Below are positions 28,127-40,843 of a stretch of 64,000 bases of DNA, piece by piece. Under the pieces are notes generated by a model that searched no databases, had not been told where the DNA came from, and worked only from the letters and a program-made list of their open reading frames with translations. This DNA comes from Octopus vulgaris (taxonomy: Eukaryota): contig OX597827.1 in assembly GCA_951406725.2 (NCBI GenBank), forward strand, positions 29,574,001 through 29,638,000, given 5' to 3'. Position 1 is the first letter of the stretch. Each line of letters starts with the position of its first letter. The translations under genes and the position numbers were made by a program.

Positions 28127-29356
28127 ATGAATTTCAATAACAACACTTACAGACAGGTTTCAGGAACAGCAATGGGTACGAAAGTTGCACCTACCTATGC
28201 AAACCAGGTGATGGCCTACCTGGAATCACATATCTATGAAAAATCCAAATATAAGTACGGCCAGTCTTTCCACAAATACCTGTTGGAGAACTGGAAACGC
28301 TACTTAGATGATTGCCTCATCCTATGGTCCCACACACTCGACCAACTTATTGACTTCAAAAACCTTATCAACAGTGTAAATAACAACATTCAATTCACAA
28401 TGGAATACAGTCAGGACCAACTCCCTTTTCTTGACATTCTAATCATTAAAAAAGGCGTCAACATTGAAACTGATATCCATTACAAACCCACTGACTCTAA
28501 ACAATACTTTCTATTCACCTCCAATCACCCAAAACACACAAAGACAAATATCCCCTTCAACCTAGCGAGAAGAATCTGCACAATTGTCTCAAATGACACA
28601 ACACGAAATAGAAGACTCCGGGAACTAAGGGCAATTCTTCTCGAAAGACATTACTCGGCATCACTAGTAGACAACGGAATAGAACGGGCCAAATCAATTA
28701 ACACTCAAGACCTACGAAAACCTAAACACATCCACAGTACAGTAAATAGCCTCCCCTATCTCTCAACACACAACCCAAGGAATGCAGAAGCTTACACTAT
28801 TATATACAACAACATTCCACAACTAAATCAAGACCCACGCCTGAAAAAATTACTGGCAGCTCATAAAATAATAAAAAATAAGAGACAACCTAAATCCCTA
28901 AAAAACCTCCTCACCAACGCAAAATTACACAACACAAACCCACCGCCCACCATCAAAAAATGTAGTCGCCCCAACTGCAGGACTTGCATCCACCTCATTG
29001 AGGGATCGACGTACAAGTTCCGGTCGGGACACACATTCATCATAAAAAATAATTTCACGTGCGCATCAAAAAATTTACTCTACGTCATAAGGTGTGAAGG
29101 ATGCCACGAAGACTACATAGGGCAAACGAGCCTTACCCTCAGAGAAAGAATGACAGTTCACCGACAACAACTGAGGGACCCCTCCACAAGACAGATACCA
29201 CTAAGTGGACACTTAGACCTTTGTGCACACAATAAGTCCCTCAAATTCTTAGTCTTCCCACTATACCAATGCTCGGACAACACCACAGACCAAACACGAA
29301 TAAATAGGGAAAGTAATCTTATTCAAAAATACAGACCACAACTAAACATACTCTAA
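28127..29356 (+). CDS. PLE reverse transcriptase + GIY-YIG endonuclease (partial; frameshift upstream)
   Basis: GTAMGT, RYLDD, LPFLDI, CSRPNCRTC linker, LLYVIRC..C..DYIGQT. Confidence 0.9.
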   Translation: MNFNNNTYRQVSGTAMGTKVAPTYANQVMAYLESHIYEKSKYKYGQSFHKYLLENWKRYLDDCLILWSHTLDQLIDFKNLINSVNNNIQFTMEYSQDQLPFLDILIIKKGVNIETDIHYKPTDSKQYFLFTSNHPKHTKTNIPFNLARRICTIVSNDTTRNRRLRELRAILLERHYSASLVDNGIERAKSINTQDLRKPKHIHSTVNSLPYLSTHNPRNAEAYTIIYNNIPQLNQDPRLKKLLAAHKIIKNKRQPKSLKNLLTNAKLHNTNPPPTIKKCSRPNCRTCIHLIEGSTYKFRSGHTFIIKNNFTCASKNLLYVIRCEGCHEDYIGQTSLTLRERMTVHRQQLRDPSTRQIPLSGHLDLCAHNKSLKFLVFPLYQCSDNTTDQTRINRESNLIQKYRPQLNIL

Positions 29357-31685
29357 CATACCCCCTAGGCACACATCCAGAACAAACACACAAAGACACA
29401 CGCACACTCGCACCGTATCATGCAAGCAGACACATGCACGCATCGGTACACATAGGGCGCACTAGCAGGCATTGACCATACACATACGCGGCACACACAC
29501 GCATGCATTATATATATGTATGTTATGTATGTATGTGTGTTGTGTGGGTTGTGTGGGTGTGTGGGTGTGTGTGCATTGTGTGTGTGTATGTGTGTGCGTG
29601 TGTGTGTGTGCATTGTGTGTGTGTATGTATTTATATGTGTATATGTGTTATATATATGTATATATGTGTGTGTTGTGTGTGTGTATGCATTGTATATGTG
29701 TATATGTGAATGCATTGTTTGTGTGTGTATGTGGTATGTATATATATAGGTGTGTGTACGTTATATGTATGTATTTTGTGTGTGTGTGTGCATTATATAT
29801 ATATGTGTGTGTATATGTGAATATATATATATATATATATGCATTATATGTATGTGCATTGTGTATATGTATATTATATGTATGTGTGTTGTATATGTAT
29901 GTGTACATTATGTGTATATGTATGTGTATGTATGCATTGTATATATGTATATTGTATGTGTGTTGTATATGCATGAATACATGTATATACATTATATGTA
30001 TATATATGTATGCATTGTGTATGTGTATGTTATGTGTATATATGTTATACGTATGTGTATATGTATATGTATATGTATACATTATATGTATGTATATTGT
30101 GTATATGTATATGTATACATTATATGTATGTATATTGTGTGTATATGTGGTATATTTATGAATGTGTATGTAAACATTATATATATGTATATATGTATAT
30201 ATGTATATGCATTGTCTATATATATATATATTATATGTATGTATTGTGTATGTATGTTATATGTATATATTGTGTATGTGTATTATATATATGCTGTGTA
30301 TGTGTATCGTATGTATATATGTGTTAGGTGTATATGTGTTGTATTTATGTCATGTATGTATGTGTGCGTGTGTTGTGTGTCTGTGTGTTATGTGTGTGTG
30401 TGTTGTGTGTGTGTGTTATATGTGTGTATATTATATATAAATATATGTTATATTTGTGTGTTGTGTGTGTGTATTGTATGTGTGTGCGTTGTGTGTGTGT
30501 TCTGTATGTATGTATGTTGTGTGTGTATATTATGTGTGTATGTGTTTTGTGTGTGTGTATGTGTGGTGTATGTGTGTGTGTGTGTGTGGTGTGTGTGTAT
30601 GTGTGATGTGTGTGTGTGTGTGGTATATATATGTATGATGTGTGTGTGTATATATATATGTATATGTAGTGTGTGTGTATGGCCCGCATACACGCGTAGA
30701 CGCGCACGCGCACACGGGCAGGCCCGCATATACACACACCATCCTACCCCAAAAAATTCTTTAAACAACACACATCTATTTACACCACCCTGGAACCAAT
30801 CAAAAACAGCCCCCACACACAGACACATGTATACGTGTATGTGCACGCACACAGGGACACACACACTCACACCAATCTCACCTCCATACAGGCACATATA
30901 TACACACGCAGCACCATGTCAAATGCCATCTACACACATACATGCGTACACACGCACGCACACACACACACACACACAACACCATGACAACCACACACGC
31001 GGTTGACAAACAGACACCATCTGACCAAATACTACAGACACACAGACACATCTATTCACACCACATGTATATGTATGCACACACACATACACGCAGAGAC
31101 ACACATATTCACCTCATCCTAACCCCAAAATCATTGATGCTTGAAGGAGAGCCAAAAAAAGAAAAAAACGGGTACATCCTTTTCAATTCCACATTTCTGC
31201 TAAAACGGACAGGTTAGTAACAACCTCACCACTACATTAATGTAAATCTTTTTGAACTCATAATATTCTGTACTGAACTTTTTTTAATAATTCCTCCTGA
31301 AAATTACCCTGAGATGTATAATATATTTGTTTTAATCTTTTCTGCCCATTTTTCAATGAGCTTGTGAAACTTTTTTATATTCTCAACATACTGTTGTCAC
31401 CAAAGACTGTATATTTATATGGATTATAGTACTCTGTGTCAACCAATATTCTGTGCATGTTTGAATATACAGATACAGTACCAATACCAATTCCTTCTGG
31501 AAACTATCTTAAGTATGTCCTTGAGAACGATTATTTATGTAATCTTTTTTGCCCAATATTTTAAGGAACTTGTTGAACTTTTTTATGTCCTTAACATGTC
31601 CCTGTTACCAAAGACTGTATATATATATATATGTAATGTAGCAATTTGCCACAACCAATAATTAACGCAACCAAACTTCCACATG

Positions 31686-31730
31686 TTACTTTTGACAATC
31701 TTTTTCCAAAGAGTGAAACCGGTAAAGTAA
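31686..31730 (+). ncRNA. Type I hammerhead, U3-A8 variant
   Basis: ttactt-TTGACAA-tcttt ttcc aaaga gt-GAAA-ccgg-TA-aagtaa. Confidence 0.72.
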
Positions 31731-32006
31731 ATAAAATCTTTGAAATTGCATTTTCAAACCTTCTTTCGTATATAATTCCACTCGTGCGGTACCCCACAAC
31801 TCAACTTTGTTATATATATATATTTATATATATATATTAATTGTTATCGCTATATTAATATGGCAGTCTTATAGATATAAGACTAAAAGCTGTCGCTGAT
31901 TAGCTCCATGAGGCCATCGCCTTAAGATAGCTATTTGACACACAAACTGTGTCCATTATAACCTTCGAACAAGGGAGGTCAGCCGCTTCACACTGCTAGT
32001 CAGACA

Positions 32007-32049
32007 GCTACAGACGCGTTTCAGGGTATTTGCCCTTTGTCAATGTAGC
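32007..32049 (-). ncRNA. Type I hammerhead, U3-A8 variant
   Basis: gctaca-TTGACAA-aggg caaata ccct-GAAA-cgcg-TC-tgtagc. Confidence 0.78.
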
Positions 32050-32385
32050 GTAGTCGACCCAGCAGGTGTCGCCACTGATCGTCTCTGTTCGAAGGTTTTA
32101 TTTACCTAGTTTCGGTGGAATACATCCACTTGTTTTCAATAATAGAAATATTAAAATTACTAAGTCTCTCTAAAAAAGATTACGGCAGCGTTTCTGGAAA
32201 TTAATTGTTATCGCCATATTAATATGGCAGTCTTATAGATATAAGACTAAAAGCTGTTGCTGATTAGCTCCATGAGGCCATCGCCTTAAGATAGCTATTT
32301 TACACACAAACTGTGTCCATTATAACTAGGTAAATAAAACCTTCGAACAGAGACGATCAGTGGCGACACCTGCTGGGTCGACTAC

Positions 32386-32428
32386 GCTACATTAACAAAG
32401 GGCAAATACCCTGAAACGCGTCTGTAGC
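32386..32428 (+). ncRNA. Hammerhead copy with G5A change
   Basis: Same as 32007 but core TTAACAA. Confidence 0.65.
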
Positions 32429-32656
32429 TGTCTGACTAGCAGTGTGAAGCGGCTGGCCTCCCTTGTTCGAAGGTTATAATGGACACAGTTTGTGTGTCAA
32501 ATAGCTATCTTAAGGCGATGGCCTCATGGAGCTAATCAGCGACAGCTTTTAGTCTTATATCTATAAGACTGCCATATTAATATGGCGATAACAATTAATT
32601 TCCAGTAACGCTGCCGTAATCTCTTTTAGAGAGACTTAATAATTTTAATATTTCTA

Positions 32657-32717
<61 letters not shown>

Positions 32718-32967
32718 TAAAAAAATGGTCCGTTCCATGCTGTTTTTACATTTTCGTTTCTCGTTGAGTTCTACGTCTATTTGTGGTCTCCTGTACACAC
32801 GTATATATATTTATATATGCATGTATATATACATTAGATGTAGGTACGTACATATATGTTTGTATGTATGCATATATTTTATTTATTACACTATTGTATG
32901 ACTGAGCGCCTTCGCGTCGATTCGATTCGATTCGTTTCGTTTCGTTTCGTTTCTTCTTCTCTAAGCT

Positions 32968-33027
<60 letters not shown>

Positions 33028-33042
33028 ATATATATATTTATA

Positions 33043-33081
<39 letters not shown>

Positions 33082-33165
33082 ATATATACATGTATGTATG
33101 TATGTATATATATATATACATTATATATGTATATATATATACATTATATATATATATATACATTA

Positions 33166-33204
<39 letters not shown>

Positions 33205-33795
33205 GTATATGTATATATTGTGGGGAAGGTGAACATGAGAGTGCTTTTACTCAGCGTGTGTGTATGTGTGTGCGTGCGTTTGTGTACCTACTTGTGAAGA
33301 TCTCGCCATCATCCTGATTCCGACATCCGGTGTAAATATTTATGCAGAGAGGCGACTATGAATACGCTGTTGTCAAGCTTCTTGTGTCGGTCGCTAACCA
33401 GGCCGACAAGAAACCCTATCTCAAACTTATTCATTTCCTCTACTTCCTTCTTGTCTTAACCTTCCTCTCCTTCTTATTCATTTTCTCTCTTTCTACTCCT
33501 TCTCTTTTTCCCCCTACTCTCTCTCTCTCTCTCTCTGCTTCCAACATCTTCTTCCCACATATTCACTCCTACTCCTTTCTCCCCCTCTTCTCCCCATTTC
33601 ACACATACCCTTTCCTTTTCTTTCCTTCGAACACTTCAATCCCACACATATTGAACTACAAATATTCAGTAATTTCCTAAAAATATCCGCCATGTCCAGG
33701 TACGGAAGGAGAAGAAGACGATTCTTCGCTAAAATAAAAAAATAACTTCGAAGGAAATGCCGGAAACTCGTCTTCCATATTCGCAAAGTTCACAC

Positions 33796-33885
<90 letters not shown>

Positions 33886-33962
33886 TAAGGGTAGAAATTG
33901 ATATTAGTCAATTAAAACCAGTGGTCTAGCATATTAAAAAGAATCCGAAGATTGAAATATTT

Positions 33963-34408
33963 ATATATACCAATTAAGGACTGAACACGAAAAGTGGACA
34001 GTCAACATGCTAGATATAGACGTCAAATTGCCATTCTCCACAAAGATTATGTTCTCAAATAAAATAAAATTCAGCACAAAAGTAAAGGCATTTGAAAGAT
34101 ACATTCGAACTTAATCGGTTGTACTTTATGCATGCGAAACTCCGGTATCGTTTTTTGCATCTAGTCTAGCAAATTATGTTCATAACAGACTGTGCTGACG
34201 AAGTTACAGATATTGTGATATTAATAACTGAAACTGATCGGTACACAGGTGATTATTTCATTTCGTATATTTTCATTTGTCTTATTTATTGCTTTGGTTT
34301 GTGCTGAATTTTATTTTATTTGAGAACATAATCTTTGTGGAGAATGGCGATTTGACGTCTATATCTAGCATGTTGACTGTCCACTTTTCGTGTTCAGTCC
34401 TTAATTGG

Positions 34409-34415
<7 letters not shown>
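33963..34415 (+). mobile_element. PLE pLTR with inverted arms
   Basis: Arms 33963-34080 / 34298-34415; HHR between them. Confidence 0.75.
34190..34248 (+). ncRNA. Type I hammerhead
   Basis: ctgtg-CTGACGA-agtta..taact-GAAA-ctgatcgg-TA-cacag. Confidence 0.85.
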
Positions 34416-34790
<375 letters not shown>

Positions 34791-35004
34791 GTACACACAC
34801 ACACACACTGGCCGAAACCTATCAAGGTTATCAAAAATATATATATATATAGGGTGAGAGAGTTGGTATGGGAAAGCACGTTGTTGGATGTATAAAAAAA
34901 ACAATATAGAATGAAAGAACTACAGAAGATTTGTATTATATGGTTAAGATATATATTACACATATTAAGTTGTTTGTGTATATTCTTTTATTTGTTTTAG
35001 AAAT

Positions 35005-35190
35005 TTGTCTGCGGCCATGCTGGAACACCGCCTTTAGTCGAACAAATCGAATCTTATATTTTGTAACCTATGTTTTTTTTATTTTATCAGCTCTTTTCCC
35101 GAACCGCTATGTTACAGGGACGTAAACACACCAACATCGATTGTCAAGCGATGGTGCGGGGAAGAAACACAGATACACAAATACATATAT
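35005..35190 (-). mobile_element. SINE 3' half
   Basis: Matches the 3' half of 26231-26635. Confidence 0.75.
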
Positions 35191-35353
35191 ACATATACAT
35201 AAATATATACATATACATATATATATATATATATAGATAGATAGATATAGATATAGTAGATATATATATATATATATATAGATAGATAGATAGATATATA
35301 GATATAGATATATATATACATACATATATACATATACATTTACATATATATTA

Positions 35354-35530
35354 AACTTCTAAATGTCTCAAAGAGACATGAGCGGTGGTGGAGCGATAGG
35401 GTGGTTGTATACTGTCAACTTAACGTGACAGTCCCGTATGGGAATTACACCACCGCTTTTTAGCCCTAGGAAGCGTTCGATGCTTCCTAGGGCTAAACAG
35501 CGGTGGTGTAATTCCCATACGGGACTATCA

Positions 35531-35531
<1 letters not shown>
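35354..35531. repeat. Fold-back fragment of the 42855 family
   Basis: Near-perfect palindrome 35425-35531. Confidence 0.8.
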
Positions 35532-35576
<45 letters not shown>

Positions 35577-35580
<4 letters not shown>

Positions 35581-35775
35581 ACCATGATTGACCGCTAGCT
35601 ACAATTTTTTAAAACTTCTCTCTCTGTTTATTTCCTCGTGTTCCTTTCTGTTGAAGAGCGTAGGCTCGAAACGTAAAAGACTTTCTCACCTTCCCCAGCG
35701 TTAAACTAATACACCTGTTTGTTGTTTATACACCTGTCTTTGTCTTTCGTTTTTCTGTAAATTTTAACTATATTT
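35577..35775 (+). mobile_element. Solo pLTR family 2 with minimal HHR-like motif
   Basis: ttt-CTGTTGA-a-gagc gtag gctc-GAAA-cg-TA-aaa at 35643-35680; copy at 60775-60980. Confidence 0.65.
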
Positions 35776-36007
35776 ATATATACATATTTCGTTTTGGGAT
35801 TTGGCTTGCAAGATTCTTTATATGAATTCATGTGTTGAAGCATATTCTGTTGTGTCTGGGGAGAGTCATTCTCTTTTAGTGCTTTATTATTTAACACCCT
35901 CACCGGTAAACTTTCCACTTATTTTTATTTTCTAAAATTTTCGTTGCGTCTTGCAACCTTTTCAATAGTATTGGCTTAGATTTTCTTTTGGGGCTGACCA
36001 GATCGGA

Positions 36008-36068
36008 GCAATCTCAAGATTAATCAGCTGAAATTGCGAGGATGATCCGGTTCTTGACTGAAGATCGA
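36008..36068 (+). ncRNA. Candidate non-circularly permuted hammerhead
   Basis: GCAA-TC-TCAAGA / ttaatcagct-GAAA-TTGC / 14 nt / TCTTGA-CTGAAGA-tcga. Confidence 0.65.
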
Positions 36069-36157
36069 AGGCTTCAAATGTCTCATCCGTGTTTTTTGTA
36101 TCGTCTTCTAAATGTTTTGCGTTCTTGTCCCAGTTTGTATTTATATATGTAAGTACA

Positions 36158-36231
<74 letters not shown>

Positions 36232-36284
36232 TATATACATATATGTGCGTGAGTGTGTTTGTGTGTGTGTATGTGTAATGCGGT

Positions 36285-37079
36285 AGTCTGCTCCTATTCA
36301 AAGCTGGACTACTCCTTGTTACAAGAGCACGTAAGCAGCTTTTGAGTGTCGGGAGCTGTCTGAAATTTGCATTACAGTTAATACAGATACGTATCACCTC
36401 AATTGGCAGTGGTTTTATTCTTGTCTTACTGCTGGATATATTTCAACGCCATTTTAAACCAGCGCGTGACTTACATAGCTTATTACAAATGACCTTTGTG
36501 CCATTTGGACCAGCTGCATAAAGATGAGACGGGAGATGTGAACTTAAGGCAGCTGCCTTGGAGAAGCAAGTCTTAATACATGTTGAGCAACTGAACGATG
36601 ACGCTCTCGAGGTATTTTTTGGAGGGGCGGGGTTGTATATATTTTATTGCTTTCTTCAAAATCTTTTGCCCCTGATCAGATCTTTTTGCACCATTTATTT
36701 CTCCCAGAAGCAATAGATGTATATGGTATATTCAAGTCCACAATTTTGACTTTTAGCAACCGTTTTCTTTTCATTTGCTTCCTTTCTTGTTCCGTTATTT
36801 TTAGGATGTGTTGCACTGCTTTTGCTTACCGACAGTTACCTCACCATAAAAAAAAAACGGTTAGCGATTCGCTCATTCCCCTATCCGTATTAAATGGCCT
36901 GTCTACTTCAGCTGACTGGAAACCAGGAAAGCGTGGGGCGATGAGATTCTTGCTCTCTCGAAAACCTATAAACGGTTTTCAACTAATCCTGAGAAGTTGA
37001 GTAAGATACACCTTATTCGCTGTGAGAACAGAATGCTTACAACCACCATATACAGTTCTTTAAACGCTTTCACCAAAAC

Positions 37080-37080
<1 letters not shown>
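36285..37080 (-). mobile_element. RTE-clade LINE 3' fragment, decayed
   Basis: Reverse-strand QLK*TGHLIR..FYGEV..GK, then zinc-finger-like FSCSTCIKTCFSK..LSSHL.SH and ICNKLCKSRAGL. Confidence 0.68.
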
Positions 37081-37126
<46 letters not shown>

Positions 37127-37363
37127 GTATGTATGTATGCATGTATGTATGTATGTATGTATGTATGTATGTATGTATGTATGTATGTATGTATGTATGT
37201 ATGTATGTATGTATGTATAAGAAATTAAAGAAGGAAAATGACACACTTTACATAGTTTTAATATTATATTTTAATATATCTTGTATTACGGTTTGTCAAC
37301 AGGTTTCGCTTTCGCTATTCATGACACTAACATTTATTTAAATACGTATTTTCTTAAGTGAGC

Positions 37364-37465
37364 AGGCGTGGCTGTGTGTTAACAAGTTTGCATTCCAACA
37401 ACAGGGTTCTGGCTTCGGTCCCACTGCGTGGAAACTTGGGTGAGTGTATTCTACTATAGTCTGTA
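37364..37465 (+). mobile_element. SINE head fragment
   Basis: ggcgtggctgtgtg..cccactgcgtggaaacttggg. Confidence 0.7.
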
Positions 37466-38047
37466 ATGATGTTAACTGAAAGTCAGACGAGGAAAAAATA
37501 CGAGGATGTACCGTAAATAAATTTTAAAGAAACGATAAAAGTAAATGAAAAAAGCTTTTCAACGAATTCCCTAGGAAGATAAAAGAAATACGAAAGAAAT
37601 CCAAAGTAATGAAAATAAGAACAACTTCAAGAGAAAAGACATGAAGCAATGATGAAGAAAGGGAGCGGGGTTGTATTCTTATACATACATACATACATAC
37701 ATACATACATACATACATACATACATACATGCATGCATGCATGCATGCATACATACATACATACATACATATATATATACATACATACATACATGCATGC
37801 ATGCATGCATGCATACATACATACATACATATATATATATACATACATATATACACACACATATATACATCTAGCTTTTATCTCTTTCGGTCTACCAAAG
37901 CCATTCACAATGCTTTGGCCAGCTCAGAGATAGAAAGAAAGGAGAGAGAGAGGGGGAGATAGACATGTACCAAACATACACACGTCTCTTAGTCTCTCTG
38001 TCTCTCTCTCTTTCTTCATTCATTTTATTCATTTCTCTCTCTCTCTC

Positions 38048-38142
<95 letters not shown>

Positions 38143-38261
38143 TATATATATATATATTGATAAAAATGGCAAGACAACAAAAGAATGAAAGAGACCTCGA
38201 TATTATGTAAATAGAGTAATTTATCTGTAAATATAATATGTGACAATTATTCGGTAGCCAT

Positions 38262-38322
38262 GATAAAACTCCGAGTTTCAGATGTCGGGGCGGAAACCCA
38301 CGCCGGCATCTCTTCAGTTATC
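38262..38322 (-). ncRNA. Type I hammerhead
   Basis: gataa-CTGAAGA-gatgccgg..ccgacatc t-GAAA-ctcggag-TT-ttatc. Confidence 0.8.
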
Positions 38323-38818
38323 GGGCCATCGGAAAAAATGCTATGAAAATTACCTTTGTTTAACGGTCATTTTCATAGCTGGTCACTTTATACCCAGAAC
38401 AGTGGCCTTTGACCACTTAAGGCAATAAAAACTGGAGAGAAAATTCTTTCTGTACCAAAAACAAGCCGTACGCGTGTGAACGCGCGAGCGTAATACACAC
38501 AGAGAACTTTGTGTGTGTGTGTATCTGTCTATATACAGCGAGTTAAAAAAAGATATACCGTTCGTCTTTTTATGTGTTAAATTTTACAATCATTACAGAA
38601 GACTCTGTGAGGGACTATGTTTGATATTTGCAGATAATAAAAGTGCGTTGATTATGAATTTTGATTGAAAAGATGGGGCCTCAAAACAAAAGGTTGCAGG
38701 GAACCTCTAAAAGTCATGCGATGGCCCTACCGATTGCAAGCCCCCAAAAAGCATTCAACATACATTCAAGGATATCTTCGAAAATATTTTCTCCTGAATT
38801 ATTTGCTCCGTATTGAAA

Positions 38819-38902
<84 letters not shown>

Positions 38903-38917
38903 GCATATATCTATCTA

Positions 38918-38953
<36 letters not shown>

Positions 38954-39361
38954 AAAATTGAGATAGGGGTTGTAAATGCAACCCTCCATGGGATAACATA
39001 TATCCAATATACTGCTAGTGAAGTACCCAATAAGGTTAATACATAAACGTCAAGGATTGCGATGCAATCAATTCATTTACTGTATCATATGGGCAAAGGT
39101 AAAATGATTTACCACAAATTACTAATACAAGATAAGAAAATGGAGAAATACATCTAAATCAAATATCAGTTACCAGATAATACTCAATCACATACTTTAT
39201 TAAACCACCACATAAGAGACTGTAGGGTTAAACATAAAAAAGCAGAACAAATCAGTGTACATAAAGGAATGTACATAAAAGAGTAATGTTGTATAATAAG
39301 TAGAATATATATAAAAAAGAGAATATAAATATAAGTAAATATAAATATAAGTATAGATTAC

Positions 39362-39488
39362 ATCTTACAGCTGTTTCGGCCATGTAGATAAGTATGTCTC
39401 ATTTTACCAATATTAGCCTTTTATGGTAGGTCAATATATAAATATAAATGAGACATTTACAAAAATATCATAAGGCCTCCTCGGAGAT
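39362..39488 (-). ncRNA. Type I hammerhead with long helix II and C at position 4
   Basis: atct-CCGAGGA-ggcc..ggcc-GAAA-cagctg-TA-agat; inner atgtctcattt/aaatgagacat stem. Confidence 0.7.
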
Positions 39489-39910
39489 ATACATATACAT
39501 ATGAGTGCATATACTCACACTCCTATACATATAAAAAAATTTACATATACATAATAATGTAAATAAATAATATGAATTAGTAAACATATATATGTTCCAC
39601 ATTCAATGTTTCAGTTCTTCAACTTAATATTATGATAATAAACATACACATATTAGTACCTAGATGCAAATATACATAGTCAATAGTACATTATATTACT
39701 TCCTACTAATTTCCAAAGTGTCATTAAAGTTAGTATCATAATCGTTGTCAATACCATTAATGCTACCATTATTATCATTCATAATATTATTAATAACGCT
39801 TACATTAGGATCCGAAGTGGCACATATGTATGTCCGGGTTCCAGTTAGTAATTTTCCTTATGACATAAATACACTATTGGATTTGAATTTAAATTATCAT
39901 TGTCTTCAGC

Positions 39911-40300
39911 ATGGTTGGTCCGTTGAGAGCCGCCCGACCTCCACCACACCGCACAAGAAAAACATACACATCAAACCCTAAACCCACACGTCCACATAAA
40001 AACCCACACACACATGAATACACCCCGACACATCCCTACACATTCACTAGATTGCAGAGTGCATGTCTGTCATCGCATGGCTTATAGACAAATCAGTACA
40101 GGCAGCAGTGTCTGTACACTAACACACACACTCACACGCAATCTAGTAAATGTGTAGGGATGTGTCGGGGTGTATTCATGTGTGTGTGCATGTGTGTGTG
40201 GGTTTTTATGTGAACGTGTGGGTTTAGGGTTGGATGTGGATGTGTATGTTTTTCTTGTGCGGTGTGGTGGAGGTTGGGCGGCTCTCAACGGACCAACCAT
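39911..40300. repeat. Inverted repeat (about 150-bp arms)
   Basis: 39911-40055 vs 40138-40300. Confidence 0.9.
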
Positions 40301-40404
40301 ATATATATAAATATATATATATATACATACATATATATACATACACATATATATACATATATATATACATACATATACATACATATATATATATATATAT
40401 ATCT

Positions 40405-40809
40405 TTTACTCTTTTACTTGTTTCAGCCATTTGACTGCGGCCATGCTGGAGCACCGCCTTTAGTCGAGCAAGTCGACCCCAGAACTTATTCTTTGTAAGC
40501 CCAGTACTTATTCTATCGGTCCCTTTTGCCGAACCGCTAAGTGACGGGGACGTAAACACACCAGCATCGGTTGTCAAGAAATGCTAGGGGGACAAACACA
40601 GACACTCAAACATATACACACACATACATATATATATATACATATATACGACAGACTTTTTTCAGTTTCCGTCTAACAAATCCACTCACAAGGCATTGGT
40701 CGGCCCGGGGCGATAGCAGAAGACACTTGCCCAAGATGCCAGGCAGTGGGACTGAACCCGGAACCATGTGGTTGGTAAGCAAGCTACTTACCACACAGCC
40801 ACTCCTGCG

Positions 40810-40812
<3 letters not shown>
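40405..40812 (-). mobile_element. Full-length tRNA-derived SINE
   Basis: Reverse complement of the 26231 family. Confidence 0.9.

Positions 40813-40839
<27 letters not shown>

Positions 40840-40843
<4 letters not shown>

Larger units (their letters stand above)
27594..31770 (+). mobile_element. Neptune-like PLE, 5'-truncated, with inverted partial pLTR
   Basis: RT + GIY-YIG ORF; 27594-27788 is the reverse complement of about 31573-31770. Confidence 0.9.
31836..32663. mobile_element. Non-coding PLE pLTR array (tandem + inverted copies)
   Basis: Blocks A B C A then B' A' C' reversed; HHR in block B. Confidence 0.8.

Noticed and set aside
33692-33745. Short ORF MSRYGRRRRRFFAKIKK resembling an SR-protein or protamine start
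   Set aside because: Only 17 codons, with no downstream RRM exon recognisable
36285-36620. C2H2-like fingers as a host zinc-finger exon
   Set aside because: Contiguous with decayed RTE ORF motifs and broken by stops and frameshifts
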